Below are positions 11,355 to 24,745 of a stretch of 64,000 bases of DNA, piece by piece. Location: positions 304,258 to 368,257 of the forward strand of contig NIVC01000909.1 in the NCBI GenBank assembly GCA_002269645.1. The letters are read 5' to 3'. The notes beneath the pieces are model-generated. The model was not told the origin of the DNA. It ran no database searches and saw only the letters and a program-made list of their open reading frames with translations. The stretch comes from Macrostomum lignano. Lineage: Eukaryota. Each line of letters opens with the position of its first letter. The first letter of the stretch is position 1. The position numbers and the translations under genes were made by a program.

Positions 11355-12135
11355 GTTGATAATCCCTATTTATAATCCCATTATAATCCCTATTGATAAT
11401 CCCATTGTAATCCCTATTGATAATGCCATTATAATCTCTATTGATAATGCCATAATGATCCCTATTGATAATCCCATTTTAATCCCTATTGATAATCTTA
11501 CAATGATCCCTATTGGTAATCCCATTAAAATCCATATTAATAATCTCATTAAAATCCCTATCGATAATCCCATTAAAATCCCTATCGATAATCCCATTGT
11601 AATCCCTATCGATAATCCCATTGTAATCCCTATTGATATGCCATTATAATCTCTATTGATAATGCCATAATGATCCCTATTGATAATCCCATTATAATCC
11701 CTATTGATAATCTTACAATGATCCCTATTGGTAATCCCATTAAAATCCATATTAATAATCTCATTAAAATCTCTATTAATAGTCCCATTAAAATCCCTAT
11801 CGATAATCCCATTGTAATCCCTATTGATATACCATTATAATCTCTATTGATAATGCCATTATAATCTCTATTAATAATCTCATAATGATCCCTATTGATA
11901 ATCCCATTATAATCCCTATTGGTAATCCCATTACAATCCCTATTGATAATCCCATTATAATCCCTATTGGTAATCCCATTACAATCCCTATTGATAATCC
12001 CATTAAAATCCCCCCTTGATAATCTCATTAATAATCTCATAATGATCTCTATTAATTATCCCATTGCAATTCCAATTGATGATCTCTATTAATAATCCCA
12101 TTGTGATCCCTATTGATAATACCAAAATGATCCCT
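11355..12135 (+). repeat. 24-bp minisatellite downstream of the VPS26 stop
   Basis: Unit cccattataatccctattgataat, made of two related 12-mers. Confidence 0.9.
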
Positions 12136-13377
12136 ATGGAGGATTATCAATTCTTGAATTGCACCAGCAAAAGTTTGAATTCCTTTCAAATAAAACCAGT
12201 GTTTCGTATCCTGAACTGCTACTTTCTTCCTGTTTGTTTATTTATGCTGTAATAAAATTGTTATAATGCACCAGCCCGATTATAACAAACAAATTTCGTT
12301 GTCTGACAAGCTGCTGTTCTAACTGATATTTCTTTACGAGCACCTTAGCGCAGTATTCAACTTATCTCTGTGTTGTTATTATCCTATAATTGCTACTGAA
12401 TAGTCAGTAGTTGATGTTTTTTAAATCGTCTAAAAATGTTTTCTATAATTGCTTATTTGCTTGCCTCACTTTTCCTCTGGGCTAAGAAGCAATTGTTGTA
12501 AATAATATTTTCTCAATGTTTCCTAATATAGTTCATTGTTGTTCCCACTTAAAAATCAATTTTTCGATACATATCGGTAATCGCTTTGCTAGTCAGTCGG
12601 TTTTTCGACCTTCATTTATTAAAACAAAAATTAATCTGGGGAACTTTAAATTTAGTTTTATTTTTTCTTTGTTGTTTATTAAAAATTCTAGTCAAAAATT
12701 ATGCATACTACTTTTAATCTGGCATTACCTCAGTAATTTAAAGTGTTTGTGCAATGCTTTTTAAAAAAACTTTTTCTCTTGAATTTGGTTTTGTTGATTT
12801 TTAATCGATATCAAGTTTTTTAACTTGGTTAAATCATGAAATAAACAATTCAAAAAAATATTGAGTCGTTTCTTACGAGAAAATAAGGCATAAATGACTA
12901 TTTCAAATGTCTTTATCATAGATTTTATTGCATTCGAATGGGGTTTCGGTGCCTGAAAGTTTTAAATCATAAATTGGATGCAGCAGCCAGTTTAGTAGAC
13001 AAACTAATTGTAAATTTAAACAATTAGAAAATATATATTTAAATTGATATTTTCCAGATCTGTAATGTACAACTTAGATTGTAGGTTTTTATTTTAGATT
13101 TGGCTACAAAATTGTAAATTAAATGAAGTCTTGAAATCCCAATAATCCCTATAACTTGTAAAATTACTGATGCAATTCTAATAAAATATCCAGCGTTGAA
13201 AAAAACTGAATTACAGTCTGACATCCGCGATCCAAATTCAGGATGCCAAAGTTTTAAAATTGATGTGTCATGACACGCCGTAAGAGGGCAGAAATGAGCT
13301 ATAGCTTAGGCTAACTAACTAACTTTTTTCCTAAGGCTATGGCTATAGGTAAGAGTCGCTGTACAATGTACAAGCAA

Positions 13378-13717
13378 GAGACACTGGTTGACAGACAGTA
13401 GACACACTGGTAGATAGACAGTAGACACACACTGGTAGATAGACAGTAGACACACACTGGTAGACAGACAGTAGACACACTGGTAGACAGACAGTAGACA
13501 CACTGATAGATAGACAGTAGACACACTGGTAGATAGACAGTAGACACACTGGTAGATAGACAGTAGACACACTGGTAGACAGACAGTAGAAACACCGATA
13601 GATAGACAGTAGACACACTGGTAGACAGACAGTAGACACACTGGTAGACAGACAGTAGACACACTGGTAGATAAGACAGTAGAACACACTGGTAGACAGA
13701 CAGTAGACACACTGGTA
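13378..13717 (+). repeat. 23-bp minisatellite upstream of Cdx (same family as the Cdx intron 1 array)
   Basis: Unit actggtagacagacagtagacac. Confidence 0.9.
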
Positions 13718-13957
13718 GTCAGTTGCAGTGTGCAAAACAGTTTGCACTAACCAACCTGACCCAAGCGCTCCCTCTCTGTGCTGATTGGGCAAGAGCAAAT
13801 ATTGGAACTGGCCAATTAGAGTAACCAGCGTATGAATTCTTATCAATGGACACAGCCAATGTGTGTTGAAATTTTCGTTAAACTAAACGACGTTATAATT
13901 GACATGCAAAGGCGGGAGATTCTCTCATTGAAACCATCGACCATACAGTAGTTCACT

Positions 13958-16740
13958 ATGCAGTCTCAACCTCAGCAACACTGTCTGCAGAATAGATTGA
14001 TCGGATTGGATAGCTGTTGTCTATGTTGTCATGGTTACAACAATAACAAAAACATAAATTGGGAGCAGCAACATCAACAAGTGTCGGTTAATGTTAATAG
14101 AAACACTAGTAATAATCATATCGCGACCGCGTACACCAGACAGGAGCAACGCCTCTGCGCACTGCATCAGTGCAGAAGTGAGTCTGACGGGGCTTGGGTT
14201 GGTTGGCTGCAAAATAGAGACTGTGGTAGCTTATGGATGGATATGGATCGGCTTGTATCGGGCTTGTAGAGATAGATGATAGAATAGTCAGAAATATTAT
14301 GGCAAATAAACATACTGGTAGAAAGATAGGGTGGATTCAGGGTAAAGAGGGTAGACACTGGTAGATAGACAGTAGACACACTGGTAGACACACGGTAGAC
14401 ATACACTGATAGATAGACAGTAGAAATACTGGTAGATAGACAGTAGACACACTAGTAGGCAGACAGTAGACACACTAGTAGATAGACAGTAGACGACACA
14501 CTGGTAGGCAGACAGTAGACACACTGGTAGATAGACAGTAGACACACTGGTAGATAGACAGTAGACACACTGGTAGATAGACAGTAGACACTGGTAGACA
14601 GACAGTAGACACACTGGTAGACAGACAGTAGACACACTGGTAGACAGACAGAAGACACACTGATAGATAGACAGTAGACACACTGGTAGACAGACAGTAG
14701 ACACACTGGTAGATAGACAGTAGACACACTGGTAGACAGACAGTAGACACACTGGTAGATAGACAGTAGACACACTGGTAGACAGACAGTAGACACACTG
14801 ATAGATAGACAGTAGACACACTGGTAGACAGACAGTAGACACACTGATAGATAGACAGTAGACACACTGGTAGACAGACAGTAGACACACTGATAGATAG
14901 ACAGTAGACACACTGGTAGACAGACAGTAGACACACTGGTAGATAGACAGTAGAACACACTGGTAGATAGACAGTAGACACACTGGTAGACAGACAGTAG
15001 ACACACTGGTGGATAGACAGTAGACACACTGGTGGATAGACAGTAGACACACTGGTAGATAGACAGTAAACACTGGTGGATAGACAGTAGACACACTGGT
15101 AGGTAAAATACATCAATGCTACCTCTAACAACTCCCAACGTACAGAGAGCAACCAAAAGACTCGCACAGAGGACACCTACAGGCAGGTGTACACGCCTCA
15201 GCAGCGATTGGAGCTGGAGAAGGAATATCACTATCAGAGGTTCATCGGGTCGAAACGGAAGAAGGAGCTGTCCCTGCTGCTGCAGCTTACTGAGAGACAG
15301 GTTGGTGTCATGGTAATCAGTTTGTGCCAGGTTTCCTCGTAAATTAATTGAATAAATAATTACAGCTGTCTCTAAAATTCTGGTAGCTTCAGCTCTCTTG
15401 AAGTGGCAACCGATTTTGAAAAATGACAACCGATTTTGAAAAATGACAACCGATTTTGAAAAACAGCAACCGATTTTGAAAAACGGCAACCGATTTTGAA
15501 AAATGACAACCGATTTTGAAAAATTTCAGCCAATGTTGAAAAATGGCGACTGATTTTGAGAAATGGCAACCGTTGAAAAAAGAAAAATGAATGAAAAATG
15601 AAAAAGTGGCAACCGATTTTGAATAGCCAACAATTTTTTAAAAAGGCAACCAATCTTGATAAAAGTGGAAACCGATTTTGAAGAAAGATTGGCACCCCAT
15701 CTCAAAATGGCACCCCATCTCAAAATGGCACCCTGAAGTGATCTTAATTTAAGCATGTTATGCCCAATGTTTTTTTTAGTCTAATGCGAACTTCAGAAGG
15801 TTTTTCTATCAGGAAAGTACAGCACATGCTTGTGCGCCAGTAAAGATCCTATTGCGTGAAGCGAACACCAATGAAATGCGTTATAGAAATCATATATATA
15901 CTAGCGTTCAGTGAGAATGAAGCCTCTCTCCAGTTTTTTCCCGGTTCTCGGCTCTCCGCCTCTTTGCCTCCTCAACTGCTCCGCTAGCTTGCCCCAACAA
16001 TCGGGCCTGAACTCTAATATCCCGATTTAACAGAGATAAATCCGGACAAACGTCAATTCGTGCAACAATATCGATAAGTAGCCTGTGGCTCCATTTTCAC
16101 TGAATTGCTTAACAAATTTGCGTAATTGCGTGATCAATATCCTATTAGGAATTGCTACTAACATTGATTAGTAATAAACATCTTGTTGAAGGTTAGAGAT
16201 CGAGAGAAACAAATCGAACCTCCGACTTATTTGATTCAACAGAAACATCAACGATCATAGTCATCGTCAGAGGGGCACACCCCCGCAACACATTATTCTA
16301 AAACATTTGAACCCCAATCTCAAAATGGCACTCCATCTCAAAATGGCAACCCAATCTCAAAATGGCACTCCATCTCAAAATGGATCTCAAAATGGCACCA
16401 AAAACCTCAAAATGGCACTCCATCTCAAAATGGCACCCCATCTCAAAATGGCACCCCAATCTCAAAATGGCATACATTTATAGGAAAGTATCGGCAACAG
16501 CTATCAATAGTTCTCATAAAACCGTTTCAATTTCAGATAAAAATCTGGTTTCAAAATCGTCGCGCCAAGGACCGCCGACAGGCGAAGCTTCATCAGCAGC
16601 AACTGGAAGCTGGAGCGGCGATGATCTCTGGATCTGCATCATCGGTGAGCGGCAGCAACGCCGCCGCCGCCGCCGCAATCCCATGGTCTAGCAATCCGCC
16701 AGTTATTCCGTTGAAAACAATTGGAACAGCTTTTTATTAA
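13958..16740 (+). CDS. Cdx: Caudal/Cdx ParaHox homeodomain protein; exons 13958-14177, 15146-15300, 16537-16740 (192 aa)
   Basis: Exon 2 reads [50 protein letters not shown] and exon 3 reads [15 protein letters not shown], matching the Cdx signature [24 protein letters not shown]...[16 protein letters not shown]. Donor gtgagt at 14178; branch point ctaac and acceptor cag at 15145; donor gt at 15301; acceptor tttcag at 16536; TAA at 16738-16740. Exon 1 is less certain than exons 2-3. Confidence 0.9.
14350..15102 (+). repeat. 23-bp minisatellite filling Cdx intron 1
   Basis: Unit actggtaga(c/t)agacagtagacac. Confidence 0.9.
15400..15530 (+). repeat. 20-bp tandem repeat in Cdx intron 2
   Basis: Unit aaccgattttgaaaaatgac; degenerate copies continue to ~15685. 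Confidence 0.85.
16310..16472 (+). repeat. 18-bp tandem repeat in Cdx intron 2 (also 15690-15735)
   Basis: Unit caccccatctcaaaatgg. Confidence 0.85.
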
Positions 16741-16929
16741 ACAAATCCTTTCAGTTCATGCAAGTCGTTGTGAACATCATGCCATTTTTTGCGCTGTATT
16801 AAATACATAGCACGTACAAGCGCAAGCAAATAAGTGAATTAGCAATTTGCATCATTTATGCTGTCTTATATGATTGTTTTCACTGAATTCCTACATGGGA
16901 TGTGCGGACACATATACAGTTAGTAATAT

Positions 16930-17525
16930 TAGACATACACGAATGAGAGTAGATTAGACACACATGAGAGTAGATTAGACATCTGAGAGTAGTAGAATAG
17001 ACAACTGAGAGTAGATTAGATACACACATAAGAATAGATTAGACACGCACGAGTACATTAGACACAAATAGGAGTAGATTAGACAACTGGGTGTAGATTA
17101 TACATCTGAGAGTAGATTATACATAACCTGAGAGTATATGAGACACAGACATGAGAGTAGGTTAGACAGACATGAGAGTAGATTAGACACACACACATGA
17201 GAGTACATTAGACACACACACATGAGAGTAGATTAGACACACACACACATGAGAGTACATTAGACACACACACATGAGAGTAGATTAGACGCACACATGA
17301 GAGTAGATTAGACACACACACACATGAGAGTACATTAGACACACACACATGAGAGTACATTAGACACACACACACATGAGAGTAGATTAGACACACACAC
17401 ATTAGAGTAGATTAGACGCACACGCCTGAGAGTAGATTAGACACACACACATGAGAGTAGATTAGACACACACACATGAGAGTAGATTAGACGCACACGC
17501 CTGAGAGTAGATTAGACACACACCT
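16930..17525 (+). repeat. Variable-length (about 21-27 bp) minisatellite downstream of the Cdx stop
   Basis: Unit atgagagtagattagac(ac)n. Confidence 0.9.
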
Positions 17526-17999
17526 AAGAGTTTAAAGTGTTGTACTCTGAAACTGGTCTAAATGAGAAAAAAATGATTGAGACTAGAGCTGCATTCCAGT
17601 GTCACCATAGAGGATGGCACAACAAAGGCCATTGTGGCACAATAGCGGACCAGCATTTCAGCAACAGTCATAAATCTAAATATTACAGCAACATTTTAAT
17701 AACTTCAAGACTCCACAGACGCAGCAGGCGCAGGCAGGCTGCTGTATCATAAATCAGCGCATGCGAGAAGAGCGCCCAGGCGGTTGCTGACACTAATTGG
17801 ATTTGAAGACACTTTGAAAAGTTTTCTTGCAACATGCAGAAGACAACACCCAGTCCTATGCAAAAACTGTTAATAGAAAAGCTTGTGCGACAGGCAAAAC
17901 TGATAATATTTGGAACACAGCAAATGCGAAACCTTTTTTCCAGTCGATTGCTTCCTCAGCGCGTGTTTTGCAATGGGTTAGACTGTTAAATCTATTCTC

Positions 18000-18640
18000 T
18001 GGTGTCCAATCTCTACTCGTCTCGTGTCTAATCTCTATTTTCCTCGTATCTACTATGTCTCGTGTCTAATCTCTACTTATCTCGTGTCCAATCTCTACTT
18101 GTCTCGTGTCTAAACTCTATCTCTTTGGTGTCTAATCTCTACTTGTCTCGTGTCTAATCTCTATTTGTCTCGTGTCTAATCTCTATTTGTCTCGTGTCTA
18201 ATCTCTATTTGTCTCGTGTCTAATCTCTATTTGACTCGTGTCTAGTCTCTACTTGTCTCGTGTCTAATCTCTTTTTGTCTCGTGTCTAATCTCTACTTGT
18301 CTCGTGTCTAATCTCTACTTGTCTCGTGTCTAATCTCTATTTGTCTCGTGTCTAATCTCTACTTGTCTCGTGTCTAATCTCTATTTGTCTCGTGTCTAAT
18401 CTCTACTTGTCTCGTGTCTAATCTCTACTTGTCTCGTGTCTAATCTCTATTTGTCTCGTGTCTAATCTCTATTTGTCTCGTGTCTAATCTCTATTTGTCT
18501 CGTGTCTAATCTCTACTTGTCTCGTGTCTAATCTCTATTTGTCTCGTGTCTAATCTCTATTTGTCTCGTGTCTAAACTCTATTTGTCTCGTGTCTAATCT
18601 CTATTTGTCTCGTGTCTAATCTCTATTTGTCTCGTGTCTT
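18000..18640 (-). repeat. 23-bp minisatellite sharing a core with the 16930-17525 array, in inverted orientation
   Basis: Unit tgtctcgtgtctaatctcta(c/t)tt; its reverse complement contains agattagacac, as does the upstream array. Confidence 0.9.
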
Positions 18641-19549
18641 GTGGTAGATCAATTTTACGAGCGTATCAATCGATTCCTTTATGATATCGATACACAAATC
18701 ATAGATTAGCCCGCGGAGCTCATTGCGCAACCAGGGGCACCATCGCCTCAGGATAATAAATCAACGGCGGGCGAAAGGAAAAGAAAGAAAGAAAATCTGC
18801 GGCACTGCAACCACCGACTGAATGACTTGGCCATGTGTTTCTGACACAGACCAATGCGGGATGCTTGGCGGACTGTTTCCGCCTTTTAAGAATCTTTTAC
18901 GTTCCCATTATCAACAGTTTCAGTTTTAAAAGACGATCCTCAGACTTAGAGCGGAAATGAATAATTGCTTGCCAACTGGATATTGCCCCAGAAAAGATGG
19001 CGTGATTAACGATTGGCGTTTTAATCGAGTTTTCAAGTATATCCAATATACAAGACAGAGATTCGCTTTCAAGCTACTGTAAGTAGAAATAAAAGAAAAT
19101 TGCAAGAAAATAATTTCAAATTGCTTTGCAAAAATATGGACATAGTAGAAGAAAAATAAATTCAAATTTATTTCAGTATCATCATAAAATAGCTCAAACC
19201 CTACAATTGCTGCACAACAATGCATTGGATGCTAGAATAAAACTGAGTGGTCAAATTGGTTGACTAATTTAGTGACAGTGATTGCGTATGCTAGAGAATG
19301 GCTAGAAAATATTATCAAAAACAACACCAAAAATAGTGAAAAGTGTGCAAGTTCATGTGCCAAAAAATAAAGTCATGATTTTAGTATTATTAATATTAGT
19401 AATATTAATTAGTACGCCAATAAAATTATCAACTCTAAAAAAGTATAACAATTGCAATATTAATGATTGACTGCTAAGTAAAGCTCACTGTCCATTCCAT
19501 CACCAGGTTTAACAAAATATAACAAATAGGTTATAAATTTAAAAAGCTG

Positions 19550-21530
19550 CTCACTCTCGGAATCATCTGTTCACTCCCAGAACCACCTGTTCACTCTCAG
19601 AACCACCTGTTCACTCCCAGAACCACCTGTTCACTCTCAAAACCACCTGTTCACTCCCAGAACTACCTGTTCACTCTCAGAACTACCTGTTAACCTCAGA
19701 ACCACCTGTTCACTCCCAGAACTACCTGTTCACTCCCAGAACAACCTGTTCACTCCCAGAACAACCTGTTCACTCCCAGAACTACCTTTGCACTTTCAGA
19801 ACCACCTGTTCACTCTCAAAACTACGTGTTCACTCTCAAAACTACGTGTTCACTCTCAAAACTACGTGTTCACTCCCAGAACCACCTGTTCACTCCCAGA
19901 ACTACCTGTTCACTCCCAGAACCACCTGTTCACTCCCAGAACTACCTGTTCACTCCCAGAACCACCTGTTCACTCCCAAAACCACCTGTTAACTCTCAGA
20001 ACCACCTGTTCACTCCCAGAACCACCTGTTCACTCCCAGAACCACCTGTTCACTCCCAGAACTACCTGTTCACTCTCAGAACCACCTGTTCCCTCTCAGA
20101 ACCACCTGTTCACTCTCAGAACCACCTGTTCCCTCTCAGAACCACCTGTTCACTCCCAGAACCACCTGTTCACTCCCAGAACTACCTGTTCACTCCCAGA
20201 ACAACCTGTTCACTCCCAGAACAACCTGTTCACTCCCAGAACAACCTGTTCACTCCCAGAACAACCTGTTCACTCCCAGAACTACCTTTGCACTTTCAGA
20301 ACCACCTGTTCACTCTCAAAACTACGTGTTCACTCTCAAAACTACGTGTTCACTCCCAGAACCACCTGTTCACTCCCAGAACTACCTGTTCACTCCCAGA
20401 ACCACCTGTTCACTCCCAGAACTACCTGTTCACTCCCAGAACCACCTGTTCACTCCCAAAACCACCTGTTAACTCTCAGAACCACCTGTTCACTCCCAGA
20501 ACCACCTGTTCACTCCCAGAACCACCTGTTCACTCCCAGAACTACCTGTTCACTCCCAGAACTACCTGTTCACTCTCAGAACCACCTGTTCACTCCCAGA
20601 ACCACCTGTTCACTCCCAGAACCACCTGTTCACTACTAGAACCACCCGTTCACTACTAGAACCACCTGTTCACTACTAGAACCACCTGTTCACTCCCAGA
20701 ACCATCTGTTCACTCTCAGAACCATCTGTTCACTCTCAGAACCACCTGTTCACTCCCAGAACTGCCTGTTCACTACTAGAACCACCTGTTCACTCTCAGA
20801 ACCACCTGTTCACTCCTAGAACCACCTGTTCACTACTAGAACCACCTGTTCACTACTAGAACCACCTGTTCACTACTAGAACCACCCGTTCACTACTAGA
20901 ACCACCTGTTCACTACTAGAACCACCTGTTCACTCCCAGAACCATCTGTTCACTCTCAGAACCATCTGTTCACTCTCAGAACCACCTGTTCACTCCCAGA
21001 ACTGCCTGTTCACTACTAGAACCACCTGTTCACTACTAGAACCACCTGTTCACTCCCAGAACCATCTGTTCACTCTCAGAACCACCTGTTCACTCCCAGA
21101 ACTGCCTGTTCACTACTAGAACCACCTGTTCACTACTAGAACCACCTGTTCACTCCCAGAACCACCTGTTCACTACTAGAACCACCTGTTCACTACTAGA
21201 ACCACCTGTTCACTACTAGAACCACCTGTTCACTACTAGAACCACCTGTTCACTACTAGAACCACCTGTTCACTACTAGAACCACCTGTTCACTCCCAGA
21301 ACCACCTGTTCACTACTAGAACCACCTGTTCACTACTAGAACCACCTGTTCACTACTAGAACCACCTGTTCACTCCCAGAACCACCTGTTCACTACTAGA
21401 ACCACCTGTTCACTACTAGAACCACCTGTTCACTACTAGAACCACCTGTTCACTACTAGAACCACCTGTTCACTACTAGAACCACCTGTTCACTCCCAGA
21501 ACCACCTGTTCACTATTAGAACCACCCGTT
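19550..21530 (+). repeat. 20-bp minisatellite (~100 units) just 3' of the dNK gene
   Basis: Unit accacctgttcactcccaga, shifting to accacctgttcactactaga after ~20620. Confidence 0.95.
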
Positions 21531-21584
21531 TCAAACGAACCGAATCAACCAAACCGAACTCTTAGTTCTTCAAATAAAACAGCA

Positions 21585-23179
21585 TTAAGAGTCGCAACTT
21601 TTAGCCAGCACATAACCTGGCTTCTGGTTGCCAAGACAACTATCCTTGGACAGGTGCTGATCAAACAGTATTGCAGGCATATGCCGGTCCCACTGACTCT
21701 TCATATCGTTTAAATCTTGGCTGGCGTCCAACACAAGAACCGGAGCGTTCGGTCGATCAGCTGATTGGTCATCGAGCAGCCACTGCTCATGGAGCTGGTG
21801 CAGGTTCTCCAACAGAGACAGAGTTACGCCTGCGGATTCTTCGCTTCGATTGCGAAGTTTAACGCGATTAAAACAGATTTCGGGCGGGCAGCGAAGGTAC
21901 ACATAGAGGTCAACCTGATTGGCGATGGTTTGTGGTTAGGCGAGTGTAATGTAATGTAGAAATATATTTTATAAAAGAAAGAGGGTGAGAAATAGATTGG
22001 CTCAGTAAGAAATAGAATGGCTTATGACAGAGAAATAGAATGGCTCATGACAGAGAAATAGATTGGCTCAGTGAGAAATAGAATGGCTCATGACAGAGAA
22101 ATAGATTGGCTCAGTGAGAAATAGAATGGCTCATGACAGAGAAATAGATTGGCTCAGTGAGAAATAGAATGGCTCATGACAGAGAAATAGATTGGCTCAG
22201 TGAGAAATAGAATGGCTCATGACAGAGAAATAGATTGGCTCAGTGAGAAATAGAATGACTCATGACAGAGTAATAGAATGGCTCACAAAAGAGAAATAGA
22301 ATGTCTCCTGACAGAGAAATAGAATGACTCATAACAGAGAGATAGAATGGCTTATGACAGAGAGATAGAATGGCTTATGACAGAGAGATAGAATGGCTTA
22401 TGACAGAGAGATAGAATGGCTTATGACAGAGAGATAGAATGGCTTATGACAGAGAGATAGAATGGCTTATGACAGAGAGATAGAATGGCTTATGACAGAG
22501 AGATAGAATGGCTTATGACAGAGAGATAGAATGGCTTATGACAGAGAGATAGAATGGCTTATGACAGAGAGATAGAATGGCTTATGACAGAGAGATAGAA
22601 TGGCTTATGACAGAGAGATAGAATGGCTTATGACAGAGAGATAGAATGGCTCATAACAGAGTAATAGAATGGCTCATAACAGAGTAATAGAATGGCTCAT
22701 AACAGAGAAATAGAATGGCTCATAACAAAGAAACGATAGAAAGTAATAAGCTCAACACTCACACGAAGGTGCTCAGCCCACTGTCCAGTGAGCAGACTGC
22801 GATAATAACAATCCAGCACCTGCATCTCAGCGGAATTCAACAGTCCCTGATTGACGGCATTGGTCATAAAACAGAACCGAGCGGTGTACACCGATCGTTC
22901 CAGCATCTTCACCGGCCGATGTGTGACAAACCGGTGCATATCTAGTCTAGTCAGCATGCAGTACAAATTAAACGAAAAGAACCATCGTTTAGGATCGGTG
23001 TACAATCGTTCTAAAAGATTTACGCCGGCTAGGTTGCACCACTTGTCAATCGGTTCGGGTATGGACTCAACTATACCCTGAGCTGATTTTACTGACGAGA
23101 AATACTCTAGCATAGTGCTCTTGCCCGAACCAATGTTGCCTTCAACTGATACGGTGAATTTCTTATGGCTAGATGACAT
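21585..23179 (-). CDS. Deoxynucleoside kinase (TK2/dNK-like); exons 23179-22763 and 21914-21585; may extend 5' through an acceptor at 23346
   Basis: P-loop VSVEGNIGSGKST; EPIDKW; KMLERSVYTARFCF; EHLR|VDLYVYLRCPPEICFNRVKLRNRSEE; LHQLHEQWL. Donor gtgagt and acceptor aatcag are both phase 0. Confidence 0.9.
22000..22735 (+). repeat. 23-bp minisatellite in dNK intron
   Basis: Unit gagatagaatggcttatgacaga. Confidence 0.9.
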
Positions 23180-23362
23180 TCTTTCATTTCTACTACTACT
23201 GTTGCTTCTATTAGTAGTATCACTAGCAATTGACGATGCCAATCTGTATTGGCCAGATCGAATGCTGGCAGCTAAGTGACGGATTCCGCAGCAGCGCAGC
23301 TGCAAAGTTGAGCATTGTTGCTGTAGGAAGATTTGATGAAGAAAGTCTACAGATAAATGCCT

Positions 23363-23772
23363 AGCAACTGAGGATCTGGGAGGCTGGTCCAGCAACTGAT
23401 GATCTGGGAGGCTGGCCCAGCAACTGATGATCTGGGAGGCTGGCCCAGCAACTGAGGATCTGACAGGCTGGCCCAGCAACTGAGGATCTGGGAGGCTGGC
23501 CCAGCAACTGAGGATCTGGGAGGCTGGCCCAGCAACTGATGCTCTGGGAGGCTGGCCCAGCAACTGAGGATCTGGGAGGCTGGCCCAGCAACTGAGGATC
23601 TGGGAGGCTGGCCCAGCAACTGAGGATCTGGGAGGCTGGCCCAGCAACTGAGGATCTGGGAGGCTGGCCCAGCAACTGATATTCTGGGAGGCTGGCCCAG
23701 CAACTGAGGATCTGGGAGGCTGGCCCAGCAACTGACATTCTGGGAGGCTGGCCCAGTGGCTGAGGATCTGGG
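23363..23772 (+). repeat. 28-bp minisatellite 5' of the dNK main exon
   Basis: Unit gaggatctgggaggctggcccagcaact. Confidence 0.9.
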
Positions 23773-24324
23773 AGTAAAATGTAACTAGAGTGAAATTAAA
23801 ACAAATAATTTAACGCAAAGAGCTAATTTGATTATAATAACATAAATATCTGGTAAGAGCAAACAATGATCACATAATTGTATTTCTTAGAATCTAAAAT
23901 AGACACAGCGAAAAATCACAAGATGCAGATAAACTAGTAGATAGAAGAATTTCCAAACAAGCTACGGAAGTTAAATACTCTTTAAGCAGTGCGTCTGTTA
24001 AAAAAGATAAGTAAACAATTCTGAAACAGATTAGTTTGTTTATAAAACATCATATCTACAATATTGAGTTGTAGAAAAACAGATTATATCACGGCATTAA
24101 TAATGAACGACAAGAAAAAATATCACTTTTATATTTAGCTATTAAAAAGTGTAAAAATGATTGTTTATAATATAGGAAGCCTTTAGTATTGAAGAAGACG
24201 CTGATATCTGTAGCAGAAATTTTATGCAACACGATACATCAGTTTTCAATAAAGTTAAACTGCTATGATATTTCTTGTCATTCTTGGTTTATTGATGCAG
24301 ATGTTTTATCTACATCTTATTCTC

Positions 24325-24745
24325 TCTGCCTATCTCTTACTTCAGTCTCTTGCCTACCTCTCAGTCTCCCTTGCCTACCTTGCCTACCTCTCATTCTCCC
24401 TTGTCTACCTTGCCTACCTCTCATTCTCCCTTGTCTACCCGTCAGTCTACCTTGTCTACCTTGCCTACCTCTCATTCTCCCTTGTCTACCTGTCAGTCTA
24501 CCTTGTCTACCTCTCAGTCTCCCTTTGTCTACCTGTCAGTCTACCTTGTCTACCTCTCAGTCTCCCTTGTCTACCTCTCAGTCTCCCTTGTCTACCTCTC
24601 AGTCTCCCTTGTCTACCTCTCAGTCTCCCTTGTCTACCTCTCAGTCTCCCTTGTCTATCTCTCAGTCTCCCTTGTCTATCTCTCAGTCTCCCTTGTCTAC
24701 CTCTCAGTCTCCCTTGCCTACCTCTCAGTCTCCCTTGCCTACCTC
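24325..24745 (+). repeat. 21-bp minisatellite abutting the SHARK-like stop codon
   Basis: Unit cttgtctacctctcagtctcc. Confidence 0.9.

Noticed and set aside
14220-14250. SLWM / AYGWI as a Cdx hexapeptide
   Set aside because: It lies downstream of the best donor (gtgagt at 14178), and I found no phase-compatible donor after it.
18957-19078. Possible small exon MNNCLPTGYCPRKDGVINDWRFNRVF ending at gtaagt
   Set aside because: No homology recognised and no compatible downstream exon before the convergent dNK gene.
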